A stretch of 56,700 nucleotides of DNA from Candidatus Omnitrophota bacterium (lineage in GTDB: Bacteria > Omnitrophota > Gorgyraeia > Zapsychrales > Zapsychraceae), in NCBI GenBank assembly GCA_020053475.1, contig JAGVNC010000019.1, positions 1-56,700 of the forward strand, given 5' to 3'. Made by a program: the position numbers and the translations under genes. Each line of letters opens with the position of its first letter. Position 1 is the stretch's first letter. This document shows, piece after piece, positions 36,916-47,568 of this stretch. Below the pieces are notes generated by a model. It was given only the letters and a program-made list of their open reading frames with translations, had not been told where the DNA came from and did no database searches.

Positions 36916-37419
36916 ATGCAATGTGATATTTGTGGAAAAAAGAAGGCCACCGTCCATTTGACGGAGATCCTCGATGAGCAGATGACGGAAATGCATCTGT
37001 GCGAGGAATGCGCCCGCGAAAAGAGCGTCAAAATGGAACAGCAATTTGGGCTCGCCGACCTTTTGGCGGGGTTGACCGATTTCGGCAAACAGATCAAAGA
37101 TGTCGAGAAGGTCAAGCTCAAATGCGCCGGTTGCGGGATGAACTACGATGATTTCCGCAAATTCGGCCGCTTGGGATGCAGTGAATGTTACGACACGTTC
37201 CAAGCGCATTTAGCAACGTTATTAAAAAAGATTCACGGCAGCAACCACCATTTCGGGAAATCCCCGATGAAAATTTCGCAAGGAGAAAAGGAAAAAATCA
37301 TCACGTTACAAGAATTAAAAAATCAGTTAAATGAAGCGATTCAAATGGAAGATTTTGAAAAAGCCGCCGGATTGCGCGACAAGATCCGGCAATTGGAAAA
37401 AAAGGAAGAGCCCTCATGA
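36916..37419 (+). CDS. mcsA: McsA (UvrB/UvrC-motif, zinc-finger activator of McsB)
   Basis: N-terminal CxxC pairs (CDICGKK...CEECA; CAGCG...CSECY) and a C-terminal UVR motif (EDFEKAAGLRDKIRQLE). Confidence 0.85.
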   Translation: MQCDICGKKKATVHLTEILDEQMTEMHLCEECAREKSVKMEQQFGLADLLAGLTDFGKQIKDVEKVKLKCAGCGMNYDDFRKFGRLGCSECYDTFQAHLATLLKKIHGSNHHFGKSPMKISQGEKEKIITLQELKNQLNEAIQMEDFEKAAGLRDKIRQLEKKEEPS

Positions 37420-38468
37420 GTGTCGATGATTTTATCAATCAAACAGGAGAATGGCTCAAAGGGACGGGGGCCCATTCGAACATTGTCATGTCATCGCGTG
37501 TTCGCTTGGCCCGTAATTTAGCCAAGGTTCCTTTCCCGAACAAAGCCCGCAAGAAAGAATTAACAGACGTCTTGGAAACGGTCTTGGCCGCGATCAATGA
37601 GACGGAATTTTTTAAGAAATCCTATATTTTCAAAATGACGGAGTTGGATAATGTGGATAAACAATTTTTGATCGAACGCCATTTGATGAGCCATGAGCAC
37701 GCCACCCAGCCGGACGGTAAAGCGTTGGTTGTGTCCCAGGAAGAAGTCTTGGCACTCATGATCAACGAAGAAGATCATTTGCGCATCCAGGTCATGCAAT
37801 CGGGATTTAACTTGGATGAAACATGGCAGATCATTAACCGCATTGATGACGGCCTCTCCGAGAAACTCGGTTACGCCTATTCGATCAATTGGGGGTATTT
37901 GACCGCTTGCCCGACGAATACGGGAACGGCCATGCGCGGGTCGATTATGTTGCACTTGCCCGCGTTAGTCATGACCAAGCAAATCAATAAAGTGTTGGCA
38001 GCCATCGCTAAGTTGAGTTTTGCCTCCCGGGGGTTTTACGGAGAGGGGACACAGGCGAGCGGGAACTTTTATCAGATCTCCAATCAAGTCTCGATGGGCC
38101 AGCGCGAAGAGGACGTCATTCAAAATATCAACGGCCTGATTCGCCAAGTGATCGAGCAGGAAGAGCAGGCACGCCAGGCGTTATTAGTGCAGAATAAATC
38201 GATGTTGGAAGACAAAATTTTCCGTTCGTACGGAACGTTAAAAAGTGCTCACATTATTTCAAGTCAGGAAACGGTGGAATTATTGTCGATGGTTCGTTTA
38301 GGGGTCGACCTGGAAGTCCTCAAAAACATTGATCGGAAGTCCATTAATGAACTGTTCATTATGATCCAGCCGGCCCACTTACAAAAAATTGAAGGGAAGA
38401 AATTAACAGCTTCGGAACGAGATGCTCGACGGGCAGCTTTGATCCGACAAAAGCTAGGAGGATATTAA
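37416..38468 (+). CDS. mcsB: Protein arginine kinase McsB
   Basis: Phosphagen-kinase core: [26 protein letters not shown]. Confidence 0.9.
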   Translation: MSVDDFINQTGEWLKGTGAHSNIVMSSRVRLARNLAKVPFPNKARKKELTDVLETVLAAINETEFFKKSYIFKMTELDNVDKQFLIERHLMSHEHATQPDGKALVVSQEEVLALMINEEDHLRIQVMQSGFNLDETWQIINRIDDGLSEKLGYAYSINWGYLTACPTNTGTAMRGSIMLHLPALVMTKQINKVLAAIAKLSFASRGFYGEGTQASGNFYQISNQVSMGQREEDVIQNINGLIRQVIEQEEQARQALLVQNKSMLEDKIFRSYGTLKSAHIISSQETVELLSMVRLGVDLEVLKNIDRKSINELFIMIQPAHLQKIEGKKLTASERDARRAALIRQKLGGY

Positions 38469-38469
38469 G

Positions 38470-40887
38470 ATGTTTAACCGATTCACAGAACGAGCCAGGA
38501 AAGTCATCGTCTACGCCAAAGAAGAGGCCCGACGATTTAATCACGATTACATTGGGACCGAACACCTTCTGTTAGGGTTGGTCCGCGAAGGCGAAGGGGT
38601 CGCGGCCGCGGTCTTGCAAAAACTCGGCCTTGATCTAGAGACCATCCGTATTGAAGTCGAGAAATTGGTGCAACCCGGACCGCAAACTCAAGTGCTTGGC
38701 GACATTCCGTTTACGCCGCGCTCCAAAAAGGCGTTGGAACTGTCCGCCGAGGAAGCCCGCGCGTTAGGCCATAATTATATCGGCACCGAACATCTTCTGT
38801 TAGGGTTGGTCAAAGAAGGTGAAGGCATGGCTTATCGGGTTCTATTAAACTTAGGATTAGACTTGGGCAAATTACGTAACGAAGTCATGGACCTTCTAGG
38901 TTCAGGGATCCCCGGATTCAGCAATCAAGAACCTGTGAAGTCCGATAAAACTCCGGCCATCGATGCGTATGGACGTAACCTCAACAAGCTAGCCAAAGAA
39001 GGGAAGCTTGATCCGGTGATCGGCCGCACAGACGAGATCGAACGGATTCTGCAGATCTTAAGCCGGCGCACAAAAAACAATCCTGTCTTGTTGGGGGACG
39101 CGGGTGTCGGGAAAACCGCGATCGTCGAAGGATTGGCCCAGAAAATCATTAAGGGTGAGGTGCCGGAAATCTTGCGCGAGAAAAATATCATTGTCTTGGA
39201 TTTGGCGCTCATGATCGCCGGGACCAAATACCGCGGACAGTTCGAAGAACGCATCAAAGCCGTCATGGATGAGCTCAAACGTTCGGGGAAAATCATTTTG
39301 TTTATCGATGAATTGCACACCCTCGTCGGTGCAGGAGCTGCCGAAGGCGCCATCGACGCGGCCAATATCTTAAAGCCCGCATTGGCCCGCGGGGAAATCC
39401 AATGCATCGGCGCCACCACCCTTGATGAGTACCGCAAGCACATCGAAAAAGATGCGGCCCTGGAACGACGGTTCCAGACGATCATCGTTGATCCTCCTTC
39501 GGTCGACGAAGCGGTCCTGATCCTTAAGGGGTTAAGAGATAAATATGAAGCGCATCATCGGGTTAAATATTCCGATGAATCCTTGGATGCCGCGGTGCGA
39601 TTATCGGACCGTTACATTTCCGGGCGTTCGTTGCCGGATAAAGCGGTCGATATTTTAGATGAAGCCGGAGCCCAGGCCCGTTTGAAAGCGATGGTTGTTC
39701 CCGAAGGGTTGAAGGAATTGGAATCGGAGATCGAAAGTTTAAAACAAGAAAAAGAAGCTTTTATTAAGAGCCAGGATTTTGAAAAAGCCGCCAAGATGCG
39801 CGATAAAGAACGAGACGCGCGCCAGAAATTGGAAAAATTGAAAAGTCATTGGGCGGAAGAGCGCGATAAAGTCTCGATCACCATTGGCTATGAAAATATT
39901 GCCAAGATCGTTTCGCAGTGGACGAAAATTCCGCTGGTGCGTCTCGAACAAAAAGAGACCGAAAAGCTGTTGAAGATGGAAGACCAGATGAAGAGAATGG
40001 TCGTTGGTCAAGACGAAGCCATCAGCGCCATTGCCCGTGCGGTCCGCCGTTCACGTGCCGGGATCAAGAATCCTCGCCGGCCGATCGGGTCATTTATTTT
40101 CTTAGGACCGACCGGGGTCGGCAAGACCCTCTTGGCCCAAGTGTTGGCCGAAGTCATGTTTGGTGACAAAGACGCCCTGATCCAAATCGACATGTCGGAA
40201 TACATGGATAAATTCAATGTGTCGCGTCTGATCGGTGCTCCTCCCGGGTATGTGGGCTACGAAGAAGGCGGACAATTAACCGAAAAGGTGCGGCGTAAAC
40301 CGTATTCAGTTATTTTGCTCGACGAAATCGAAAAGGCCCACACGGATGTGTTTAACATCCTGTTGCAAGTGTTTGAAGAAGGCCGTTTGACCGATAGCTT
40401 GGGCCGCAAGGTCGATTTTCGTAACGCCATTATCTTTATGACATCCAATGTCGGGGCAGACTTGATCCGTAAACAAGGCTCATTGGGGTTTGTGTCTCTT
40501 AAGGAAGATGTCTCGTATGAAGACATGAAAAATCGGCTGTTGGAAGAAGTAAAGAAAACATTTAAGCCGGAATTCCTCAACCGTGTGGACGACATCATTG
40601 TCTTCAAGTCGTTGACCAAAGATAACTTAAAAGAAATCATCAACTTGGAACTCAAAGAATTCGCCAATCGATTGAAAGATAAAGGCATCGAAATCGAAGT
40701 ATCCCAAGACGCAGTCGACTTCTTGATTGAAAAAGGATTCGATCCCCTGTACGGGGCCCGGCCGTTGAAGCGCACGATCCAACGGTATCTCGAAGATCCG
40801 TTGGCGGAAGACATTATCTCCGGCGAATTTAAGGAGGGCAGTAAAGTCAAAGTCGAACGCAAAGAAGAGACATTGGCTTTTGTCTAA
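38470..40887 (+). CDS. clpC: ATP-dependent Clp protease ATP-binding subunit ClpC
   Basis: Two Clp_N repeats, two AAA modules (GDAGVGKTA; GPTGVGKT) and a UVR linker ([11 protein letters not shown]). Confidence 0.9.
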   Translation: MFNRFTERARKVIVYAKEEARRFNHDYIGTEHLLLGLVREGEGVAAAVLQKLGLDLETIRIEVEKLVQPGPQTQVLGDIPFTPRSKKALELSAEEARALGHNYIGTEHLLLGLVKEGEGMAYRVLLNLGLDLGKLRNEVMDLLGSGIPGFSNQEPVKSDKTPAIDAYGRNLNKLAKEGKLDPVIGRTDEIERILQILSRRTKNNPVLLGDAGVGKTAIVEGLAQKIIKGEVPEILREKNIIVLDLALMIAGTKYRGQFEERIKAVMDELKRSGKIILFIDELHTLVGAGAAEGAIDAANILKPALARGEIQCIGATTLDEYRKHIEKDAALERRFQTIIVDPPSVDEAVLILKGLRDKYEAHHRVKYSDESLDAAVRLSDRYISGRSLPDKAVDILDEAGAQARLKAMVVPEGLKELESEIESLKQEKEAFIKSQDFEKAAKMRDKERDARQKLEKLKSHWAEERDKVSITIGYENIAKIVSQWTKIPLVRLEQKETEKLLKMEDQMKRMVVGQDEAISAIARAVRRSRAGIKNPRRPIGSFIFLGPTGVGKTLLAQVLAEVMFGDKDALIQIDMSEYMDKFNVSRLIGAPPGYVGYEEGGQLTEKVRRKPYSVILLDEIEKAHTDVFNILLQVFEEGRLTDSLGRKVDFRNAIIFMTSNVGADLIRKQGSLGFVSLKEDVSYEDMKNRLLEEVKKTFKPEFLNRVDDIIVFKSLTKDNLKEIINLELKEFANRLKDKGIEIEVSQDAVDFLIEKGFDPLYGARPLKRTIQRYLEDPLAEDIISGEFKEGSKVKVERKEETLAFV

Positions 40888-40891
40888 CCGC

Positions 40892-41875
40892 ATGTCCTTA
40901 TTGAAGACATATACAGCGATGTTCTTCTTGGCCCTGGGGCTTCTGTGGCCACCGCCCGTCAAGGCCATGGTCACCGAGATCCCGTTCCAGGGAGAGTGGG
41001 ACATCCCTAACAATAAATTGGAATTTCTATTTGATCTAGGTGATAAGAGAAGCGTTTCTGGGAACGTAACACAACTCACCGCGGATCGATATCATCTTTA
41101 TTTGAACGTCGATCATGTGAAGTTGTTTAAGTACGATTACTCCAGCGAGATCGATGCGCAGATCGAGGTTAAACGAAGCAATGTCCCCTCCGAACCCTAT
41201 GTCTCCGGCACGATCGCCAGCCAGTATTCGCTATTGAACTATAAGCCCGTCCGTGATTTGGAAGGGCAATGGGCGTATCACGACAAAAAAATCTATATTC
41301 AAGACCTCTCGATGGGGAATGTGGCTTGCCAAGGCACCATCGATCTGGCTTATCCTTACAGCGCTGACTTAAATGTGAAGCTTGCTTCCGTTGAAATGGA
41401 TGATTTTTTGAATTTTTGGGTCAAGAGCGACATCAACAAGCAATTGGCCGGGCTTGTGTCGGGAGACATTAAGGTCATGGGAACCGCCGATCGACTTTAC
41501 CTCAAAGGCAGCTTGGAAAGTGATCAAGGCCAAGTCGGGAAACTTCAATTCGATAGCATCTCGTTAAATATCGAAGGGATTTATCCTTACCTGAATATCT
41601 CCCGCTCGATGATTTCAGAAACAGATGGGTTGAGCTTTAATGTGGAAGGGCCCTTGGCGCTCAATGATCATGAAAATTTTGCCAAACAAATCAAAGAGCT
41701 TAATTTGTCTCCTGTCGTCAACACTAGCCAAGATGGGTCGGAATGGACGTTAAAGGAAACAAAAGAAGGCATGCAAACACGAGCGTTTAAACATATTTAT
41801 CATAAAGACAATAGCCTTCCATCCGAGCAAGAAAATCCTGATTTGATCGGGTTTGAGAAGTCCATGCAGTTTTAA
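40892..41875 (+). CDS. Secreted protein of unknown function
   Basis: Signal peptide MSLLKTYTAMFFLALGLLWPPPVKA, beta-rich with no recognised motif. The alternative TTG start at 40880 overlaps clpC. Confidence 0.5.
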   Translation: MSLLKTYTAMFFLALGLLWPPPVKAMVTEIPFQGEWDIPNNKLEFLFDLGDKRSVSGNVTQLTADRYHLYLNVDHVKLFKYDYSSEIDAQIEVKRSNVPSEPYVSGTIASQYSLLNYKPVRDLEGQWAYHDKKIYIQDLSMGNVACQGTIDLAYPYSADLNVKLASVEMDDFLNFWVKSDINKQLAGLVSGDIKVMGTADRLYLKGSLESDQGQVGKLQFDSISLNIEGIYPYLNISRSMISETDGLSFNVEGPLALNDHENFAKQIKELNLSPVVNTSQDGSEWTLKETKEGMQTRAFKHIYHKDNSLPSEQENPDLIGFEKSMQF

Positions 41876-41880
41876 TTAAG

Positions 41881-43242
41881 ATGAAAACAAAGACCATGTA
41901 CGTTTGTCAGGAATGCGGGGCCCAGGCCACCCGATGGGTGGGCAAGTGCCCAAGCTGTAACCAGTGGAACACCTACGTCGAAGAAAGTGCAGCCCCAGCA
42001 ACGAGCCAACGGGGCGGAATTGTGTTTAAAGACGGGCCCGTTTTATTGGCCGACGTCAAAGCCACGCACGAAAAACGTTATTTGACAGATATTCAGGAAT
42101 TGGACAGAGTGTTGGGCGGCGGGATCGTGCGCGACTCGGTAATTTTGATTGCAGGAGACCCGGGCATCGGCAAATCCACGCTGGCCATGCAGATTGCGCT
42201 GGCCATCAGTCAAAAGGGGAGCAAGGTCCTGTATGTCAGCGGAGAAGAATCCGTGCAGCAGACCCAATTGCGCGCGCAGCGGCTCAACCCTGCGGGGAAT
42301 CGCTCGCTCTACATCGTTAATCAGGTTGATCTCGAGACGATTGTGGAATACATCAAAAAGATGCAGCCGCAGGCTGTTATCATTGATTCCATTCAAGTCT
42401 TGTACAGCCAGGCGGTCGAGTCATCACCGGGCAGTGTCAGCCAGGTCCGAGAATGTGCGGCCATCTTAACGCATTTAGCCAAAACAATGGGCGTGTGCCT
42501 GTTTATCATCGGCCATGTTACCAAAGAAGGAATGATCGCCGGGCCGCGCGTTTTAGAGCATATTGTTGACACCGTTCTTTATTTCGAAGGCGAGCGTTAT
42601 TCGTCGTACCGCATTTTGCGCAGCATGAAAAACCGTTTCGGCTCCACCAATGAAATCGGCGTGTTTGAAATGAACACCAGCGGATTAAAAGAAGTCTCCA
42701 ATCCGTCGGAAATTTTTTTGGCGGAACGCCCTCAGAAAGCCACGGGATCGGTGGTGGTCCCGATTTTGGAAGGGACGCGTCCTTTCCTCGTTGAGGTGCA
42801 GGGGCTGGTCAGCCGTTCGACGTTTGGAGTGGTACGCCAAAAAGCCCAAGGGTTTGATGCCAACCGCTTGGCGTTGTTGATCGCCGTCTTGGAAAAGCGC
42901 TTGGATTTAAATATCCAAGACAAAGACGTGTTTCTCAACGTTGTCGGCGGGGTGAAGGTGATGGACCCGGCCGCGGATTTGGCCGTTGTGTTGGCGATCG
43001 CCTCCGCGTTGTTGGATAAAGCGATCGGTTACGATACGGTTGTCTTGGGAGAAGTTGGATTGTCATCAGAGGTCAGGAGTGTCAGTCAAATCGCGCTACG
43101 AATCAATGAAGCGGAAAAATTAGGATTTAAAAAATGCATTATGCCTAAAAACAATTTGAAGATGGACAACAATTTTAAAACAAAATATATTCAACTAATC
43201 CCGGTCGAAACCGTCAAAGAAGCCTGGCAAGCATTGGCTTAA
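41881..43242 (+). CDS. radA: DNA repair protein RadA (Sms)
   Basis: N-terminal zinc finger C.ECG...C..C, Walker A GDPGIGKST, KNRFG, and a Lon-like C-terminal domain. Confidence 0.9.
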   Translation: MKTKTMYVCQECGAQATRWVGKCPSCNQWNTYVEESAAPATSQRGGIVFKDGPVLLADVKATHEKRYLTDIQELDRVLGGGIVRDSVILIAGDPGIGKSTLAMQIALAISQKGSKVLYVSGEESVQQTQLRAQRLNPAGNRSLYIVNQVDLETIVEYIKKMQPQAVIIDSIQVLYSQAVESSPGSVSQVRECAAILTHLAKTMGVCLFIIGHVTKEGMIAGPRVLEHIVDTVLYFEGERYSSYRILRSMKNRFGSTNEIGVFEMNTSGLKEVSNPSEIFLAERPQKATGSVVVPILEGTRPFLVEVQGLVSRSTFGVVRQKAQGFDANRLALLIAVLEKRLDLNIQDKDVFLNVVGGVKVMDPAADLAVVLAIASALLDKAIGYDTVVLGEVGLSSEVRSVSQIALRINEAEKLGFKKCIMPKNNLKMDNNFKTKYIQLIPVETVKEAWQALA

Positions 43243-43294
43243 CAAACCAAAGTCCCGACGCTCTCGTAAACTCGAGGCAGGGATCTGGAGAACG

Positions 43295-44275
43295 ATGATG
43301 ACACTCTCATTTATCCGCTGTTTTTTTGTCCTGATCAGCACGGCCGTCGGTTATTTTGTCGGCGATCTTGTGCTGAGGCCCTTAACGGGAGCGCAGATCG
43401 GCTGCTTAAGTGGATTGGTCCTGATTTTCATTGAGAACCGTCTTCACCGGGCGTCGGTGCGCGGACTTTCCAGCATGGTGTTTGGGCTGGTTTTAGGGAT
43501 CATTTTGGCAAAGTTATTAGCGGACATTATGTCGCTCTTGCCTTTAGGGGATGTGTTCCTGTCGATTTCGCGGGTCGTGTTAACACTGATCTTTTCTTAT
43601 TTGGGGGCGGTCATGGCGTTGCGCGGGAAAGACGAGTTCAATATTATTATCCCTTACGTTCAATTCCGCCGGCAAGATATGAAAGAAGGGATCATCCTCC
43701 TTGATACGAGCGCTATTATTGACGGACGGATCGTGAACATTTATAAATCGAATTTTTTGGACGGGCGATTGGTCGTCCCCCGGTTTGTTTTGCAGGAATT
43801 ACAAAAGTTAGCCGATTCCTCGGATGATCTCAAGCGCCAGAGGGGACGCCGCGGAATGGACTTGCTGCACGAAATGCAGGCCGATGACACAATCGACATC
43901 CGGATCCACGAAGACGATTTCCCGGGCGCGGAAAGTGTCGATGGAAAGTTGATCATGCTGGCGAAACTAATGGACGCGAGCCTTTGCACGACGGATTATA
44001 ATTTGGGCCGTATCGCTGCGCTGCAAAGTATTAAGGTCCTTAACATCAACGATTTATTGAGCTCGGTGCGATCAACCATTGTGAACGGTGAATCATTAAG
44101 GATCAAACTCGTTAAGGAAGGCAAAGAACACGATCAGGCGGTCGGGTATTTGGAAGATGGGACGATGATCGTTGTCAGTAACGCCCGCAAATCGATCGGT
44201 GAAGAGGTCAATGTGGTGGTTTCCTCTATCTTGCAGACGCCCTCGGGAAAAATGATTTTTGCAAAGTTACCATGA
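43295..44275 (+). CDS. yacL: PIN/TRAM domain membrane protein (YacL-like)
   Basis: Four N-terminal TM helices, a PIN domain (ILLDTSAIIDGR...TTDYNL) and a C-terminal TRAM domain. Confidence 0.8.
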   Translation: MMTLSFIRCFFVLISTAVGYFVGDLVLRPLTGAQIGCLSGLVLIFIENRLHRASVRGLSSMVFGLVLGIILAKLLADIMSLLPLGDVFLSISRVVLTLIFSYLGAVMALRGKDEFNIIIPYVQFRRQDMKEGIILLDTSAIIDGRIVNIYKSNFLDGRLVVPRFVLQELQKLADSSDDLKRQRGRRGMDLLHEMQADDTIDIRIHEDDFPGAESVDGKLIMLAKLMDASLCTTDYNLGRIAALQSIKVLNINDLLSSVRSTIVNGESLRIKLVKEGKEHDQAVGYLEDGTMIVVSNARKSIGEEVNVVVSSILQTPSGKMIFAKLP

Positions 44276-44985
44276 AACCTATTGTCATGAAAACGCAGGC
44301 CATTATTGTTGCTGCCGGCCAAGGCACACGGTTTAAGACAAAGATCCCGAAGTCGTTAGTCCTTCTGCGGGGCAAACCGATTTTTGTTCATACGCTGGGC
44401 GTTTTTGCCAAGAGTTCGTTGATTGACAAGATTGTGTTGGTCGCTCATCCGAAATATTTGTCGGAGTTCAAGAACCATGTGGCCTCGTTTCTTGGGTTTC
44501 ACAAAATCGAGATTGTTCCCGGCGGAGCGACACGGGCCGATTCGGTGGCGCGCGGATTGACAAAAGTGGACGCCGACACCCGGATCGTCGTGGTGCATGA
44601 CGGAGCGCGGCCGCTTCTGTCAAAGGCGATTTTGGAAGGGACGATTCGTCAAATTTCTTTTCGCTGCCCGGCGGTAACCGTGGGCGTCCCCATGAAACAG
44701 ACGGTCAAGAAAGTGGCCCGCCGATCGTTAAACGTGCGCGAAACGTTGAATCGTGACGAACTCTGGGAGATCCAAACCCCCCAAGCCTTTCGATTGGATG
44801 TATTACGCCGGGCCCATCGTCAGCATTATCAGAAAACATTTACCGACGATGCGGTGATGGTCGAGGCGTTAGGCATCAGGGTGAAAGTGTTTGAAGGGGA
44901 TTATCGCAACATTAAAATTACAACACAAGAAGATTTGTTGATCGCCGAAGCGTTCTTTGCCGAAGGCGCGCCCCCGGCATCTTGA
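44272..44985 (+). CDS. ispD: 2-C-methyl-D-erythritol 4-phosphate cytidylyltransferase
   Basis: AIIVAAGQGTRF, VVHDGARP, ETLNR..LWEIQTPQ.F. Confidence 0.9.
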   Translation: MKPIVMKTQAIIVAAGQGTRFKTKIPKSLVLLRGKPIFVHTLGVFAKSSLIDKIVLVAHPKYLSEFKNHVASFLGFHKIEIVPGGATRADSVARGLTKVDADTRIVVVHDGARPLLSKAILEGTIRQISFRCPAVTVGVPMKQTVKKVARRSLNVRETLNRDELWEIQTPQAFRLDVLRRAHRQHYQKTFTDDAVMVEALGIRVKVFEGDYRNIKITTQEDLLIAEAFFAEGAPPAS

Positions 44986-44990
44986 TTCTC

Positions 44991-45053
44991 CCGTGGAAGG
45001 CAAAGCCTTCCCGGGATTTTAAATCCCCGAAATCGCGAAGCGATTTCAGGAGA
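44991..45053 (-). repeat. REP/MITE-like double-hairpin element (copy 2; inverted relative to the 52476 copy)
   Basis: The element reads ccgtggaaggc-aaa-gccttcccgg, then gggattttaaatcccc, then gaaatcgc-gaa-gcgatttc. It is about 88% identical to the reverse complement of 52476..52536. A partial third arm tcccgtggaaag follows. Confidence 0.8.
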
Positions 45054-45153
45054 TCCCGTGGAAAGTAAAGTAAAAGAGTTTAAACTCCCTATTATCAAAA
45101 CATTTTTATCGCAACCCAAAACGCTTTCGATGGACGACTACTTAAAGTAAACG

Positions 45154-46101
45154 ATGCATAACGATAATCTTCATTTATGGCAACATGCGCATACGTTTGG
45201 CCAGGAACATCAACGTTCAGGGGAACGCCGGACGACTCTTGTGATTGCCATTACAGCGACGATGATGGTGGTTGAAATTGTTACCGGCATCATCTTCGGG
45301 TCGATGGCCTTGCTGGCCGATGGTTTGCACATGGCTTCTCATACAACGGCCCTTTTCATCAACGTCTTTGCCTACATTTATGCCCGGCGCCACGCTCATG
45401 ATCGGCGATACAGTTTTGGTACTGGGAAGGTCAATGCTTTGGGAGGATTTTCGGGGGCTGTCCTGCTTGCGGTGTTCGCCCTGATGATGGTATGGGGAAG
45501 TGTTGAGCGCATCATTCATTCTGTCCTGATTGCGTTTAACCAAGCCATTTTTGTAGCCGTTATCGGATTAATGATTAACGGAGCTTCGGTATTTATCCTA
45601 GGGCATGACGACGATCATCACGACACGCGCGCCCCTTCCGACCATCACCATGACCACAATTTAAGGTCAGCTTATTTTCATGTGATGGCCGACGCCCTTA
45701 CATCCGTCCTGGCGATTATGGCTCTTGTCGCAGCAAAATATTTTGGTCTCATTTGGATGGACCCTTTGATGGGCATTGTCGGCGCTATTCTGGTGTGCCG
45801 GTGGGCATGGGGACTTTTGCATGTAACCAGTTCTATTTTGCTTGATAAACAGGGATCGGGTCAAATCATCACAGAGATCAAGGAACGGATTGAACGTGTC
45901 GGCGATAACCGAGTTGCTGACCTTCACCTCTGGGTGATAGGCCCGGATATTTACGGTGTGATCATTTCGGTTGTTACTCATCATCCCGAACCACCCGAGT
46001 ACTACAAGAAGCTACTTCCTTCCGATTTGGGGCTGGTTCATGTGACGATAGAGGTTCATCAATGCCCTGAGAAGGAAGATTCTAGATTAGTCAGTCGATA
46101 A
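45154..46101 (+). CDS. Cation diffusion facilitator (DmeF/CzcD-like metal efflux)
   Basis: His-rich N-terminus (H.H.FGQEH), six TM helices with the HMASH and HVMAD motifs, and a His-rich loop (DDDHHDT...DHHHDH). Confidence 0.8.
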   Translation: MHNDNLHLWQHAHTFGQEHQRSGERRTTLVIAITATMMVVEIVTGIIFGSMALLADGLHMASHTTALFINVFAYIYARRHAHDRRYSFGTGKVNALGGFSGAVLLAVFALMMVWGSVERIIHSVLIAFNQAIFVAVIGLMINGASVFILGHDDDHHDTRAPSDHHHDHNLRSAYFHVMADALTSVLAIMALVAAKYFGLIWMDPLMGIVGAILVCRWAWGLLHVTSSILLDKQGSGQIITEIKERIERVGDNRVADLHLWVIGPDIYGVIISVVTHHPEPPEYYKKLLPSDLGLVHVTIEVHQCPEKEDSRLVSR

Positions 46102-46119
46102 AGAAAAGATGGAGAAAGA

Positions 46120-46596
46120 ATGGAAAGAATCGGCATAGGATTTGATATTCATCGCCTGGTCAAGGGGCGGAAACTCATTTTAGGGGGGGTGGAGATTCCC
46201 CACCCCGTCGGTTTAGAAGGGCATTCAGATGCGGATGTTTTGTTGCACGCGGTGTGCGACGCGCTTCTAGGGGCCATGGGCAAGGGGGATATCGGTGAGC
46301 ATTTCCCCAATACCGATAAAGCCTTGAAAGATATTTCCAGCATGGCCTTGTTGGGGAAGGTCAATGATCTTTTACAGCAGGAAGGCTACGCGGTCGTCAA
46401 CGTCGACGCGGTCATTCACGCCCAGGAGCCAAAGTTGAGCGCGTATAAATCGCAGATGCGGGTTCATCTCGCGGATACATTGGCCATCGATGAAACAGCC
46501 GTGAACATTAAAGCCACGACGCATGAAGGACTGGGCTCGATCGGAAGTAAGCAAGGCATTGCCGCTTCCGCCGTTGCGTTAATCAGAAAAATTTAA
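46120..46596 (+). CDS. ispF: 2-C-methyl-D-erythritol 2,4-cyclodiphosphate synthase
   Basis: IGFDIHRL, GHSDADVLLHA..DA.LGA and ATT.E.LG..G. Confidence 0.9.
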   Translation: MERIGIGFDIHRLVKGRKLILGGVEIPHPVGLEGHSDADVLLHAVCDALLGAMGKGDIGEHFPNTDKALKDISSMALLGKVNDLLQQEGYAVVNVDAVIHAQEPKLSAYKSQMRVHLADTLAIDETAVNIKATTHEGLGSIGSKQGIAASAVALIRKI

Positions 46597-46694
46597 GTCC
46601 TTCGATGCCACTCCCCGGCCCGAGGCAACGGTTGCGGTGGGTGAATGAGTAGAGTCAAACCCCTGAAGAGTCCAAAAGGAGCAAGGAGTACATT

Positions 46695-47381
46695 ATGGAA
46701 TTATTAAACGGATTATTTACATTGTTTTTATTTGTGGCAGGGTTTGTCCTGGTGGTCGCTGTGTTTTTCCAGGAGGAAATTAAATCCACCAAAGAACGCG
46801 ACCCGGCGGCTACGGGATATTTACAAATCATCCTGTTGTATGCCGGATTGCACGCGCTGATCGGCTATAAAATTTCCAGCGCGTTATGGAAGGCCAATTT
46901 GAAACTGTTGGCACGGGCCGTGTCGCAGTTCACGCGCTTTTTGACCGGCATTGAAATCCATCCCGCAGCCGTGATTGGCCGCGGGTTGTTCATCGATCAC
47001 GGAATGGGCGTTGTCGTCGGAGAGACATCCATCATCGGAGAAAATGTGACCTTGTTCCAAGGCGTGACGCTCGGGGGGACAGGTAAGGAGACGGGCAAGC
47101 GCCACCCCACACTGGGAAATAATATCGTGGTCGGGGCCGGGGCCAAGATTTTAGGCAATATTGTGATCGGGGACAACACGTATGTTGGGGCCAATGCGGT
47201 GGTGTTGCGCGATATTCCGGCCAATTCAACGGTCGTGGGCGTTCCCGGGCACATCACCAAGCAAGACGGCAAGAAAATCGATATCATGCTCGACCATGCC
47301 CAGGCATCGGACCCGATTATGCAGCATTTGAAAGATTTACTTGTCCGCATCAAAACGTTGGAAGATAAGGATAAACATTAA
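46695..47381 (+). CDS. cysE: Serine O-acetyltransferase
   Basis: IHPAA.IG.G.FIDHG.GVVIGET..IG, with hexapeptide repeats. Confidence 0.85.
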   Translation: MELLNGLFTLFLFVAGFVLVVAVFFQEEIKSTKERDPAATGYLQIILLYAGLHALIGYKISSALWKANLKLLARAVSQFTRFLTGIEIHPAAVIGRGLFIDHGMGVVVGETSIIGENVTLFQGVTLGGTGKETGKRHPTLGNNIVVGAGAKILGNIVIGDNTYVGANAVVLRDIPANSTVVGVPGHITKQDGKKIDIMLDHAQASDPIMQHLKDLLVRIKTLEDKDKH

Positions 47382-47387
47382 ATCATT

Positions 47388-47458
47388 CCTGGATTGTCCG
47401 CTGGCCTTTCCGCTCAGGCGCTTCGCTAATTCGCGGCAAGGCCACCAGCCAATCCAGG
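47388..47458 (+). repeat. Hairpin unit 1 of the cysE-cysS array (core in + orientation)
   Basis: Stems cctggattg/caatccagg, tggcctt/aaggcca and ccgc/gcgg enclose the core tccgctcaggcgcttcgctaattcgcg (47409-47435). Confidence 0.85.
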
Positions 47459-47471
47459 ATGTTATTTAATA

Positions 47472-47556
47472 AATCTTGGTTTTTATTGGCCTTTCGGCTC
47501 AGGCGCGGGCAAAAAGCGCCCGCTAATTCGCCTCAAAGCCAATAAAAACCAAGATT
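47472..47556 (+). repeat. Hairpin unit 2 (core in + orientation, apex expanded)
   Basis: Perfect 19-bp stem aatcttggtttttattggc/gccaataaaaaccaagatt. The core is tcggctcaggcgc[gggcaaaaagcgcc]cgctaattcgcc (47494-47532). Confidence 0.85.
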
Positions 47557-47568
47557 ATCAATTTTAAT

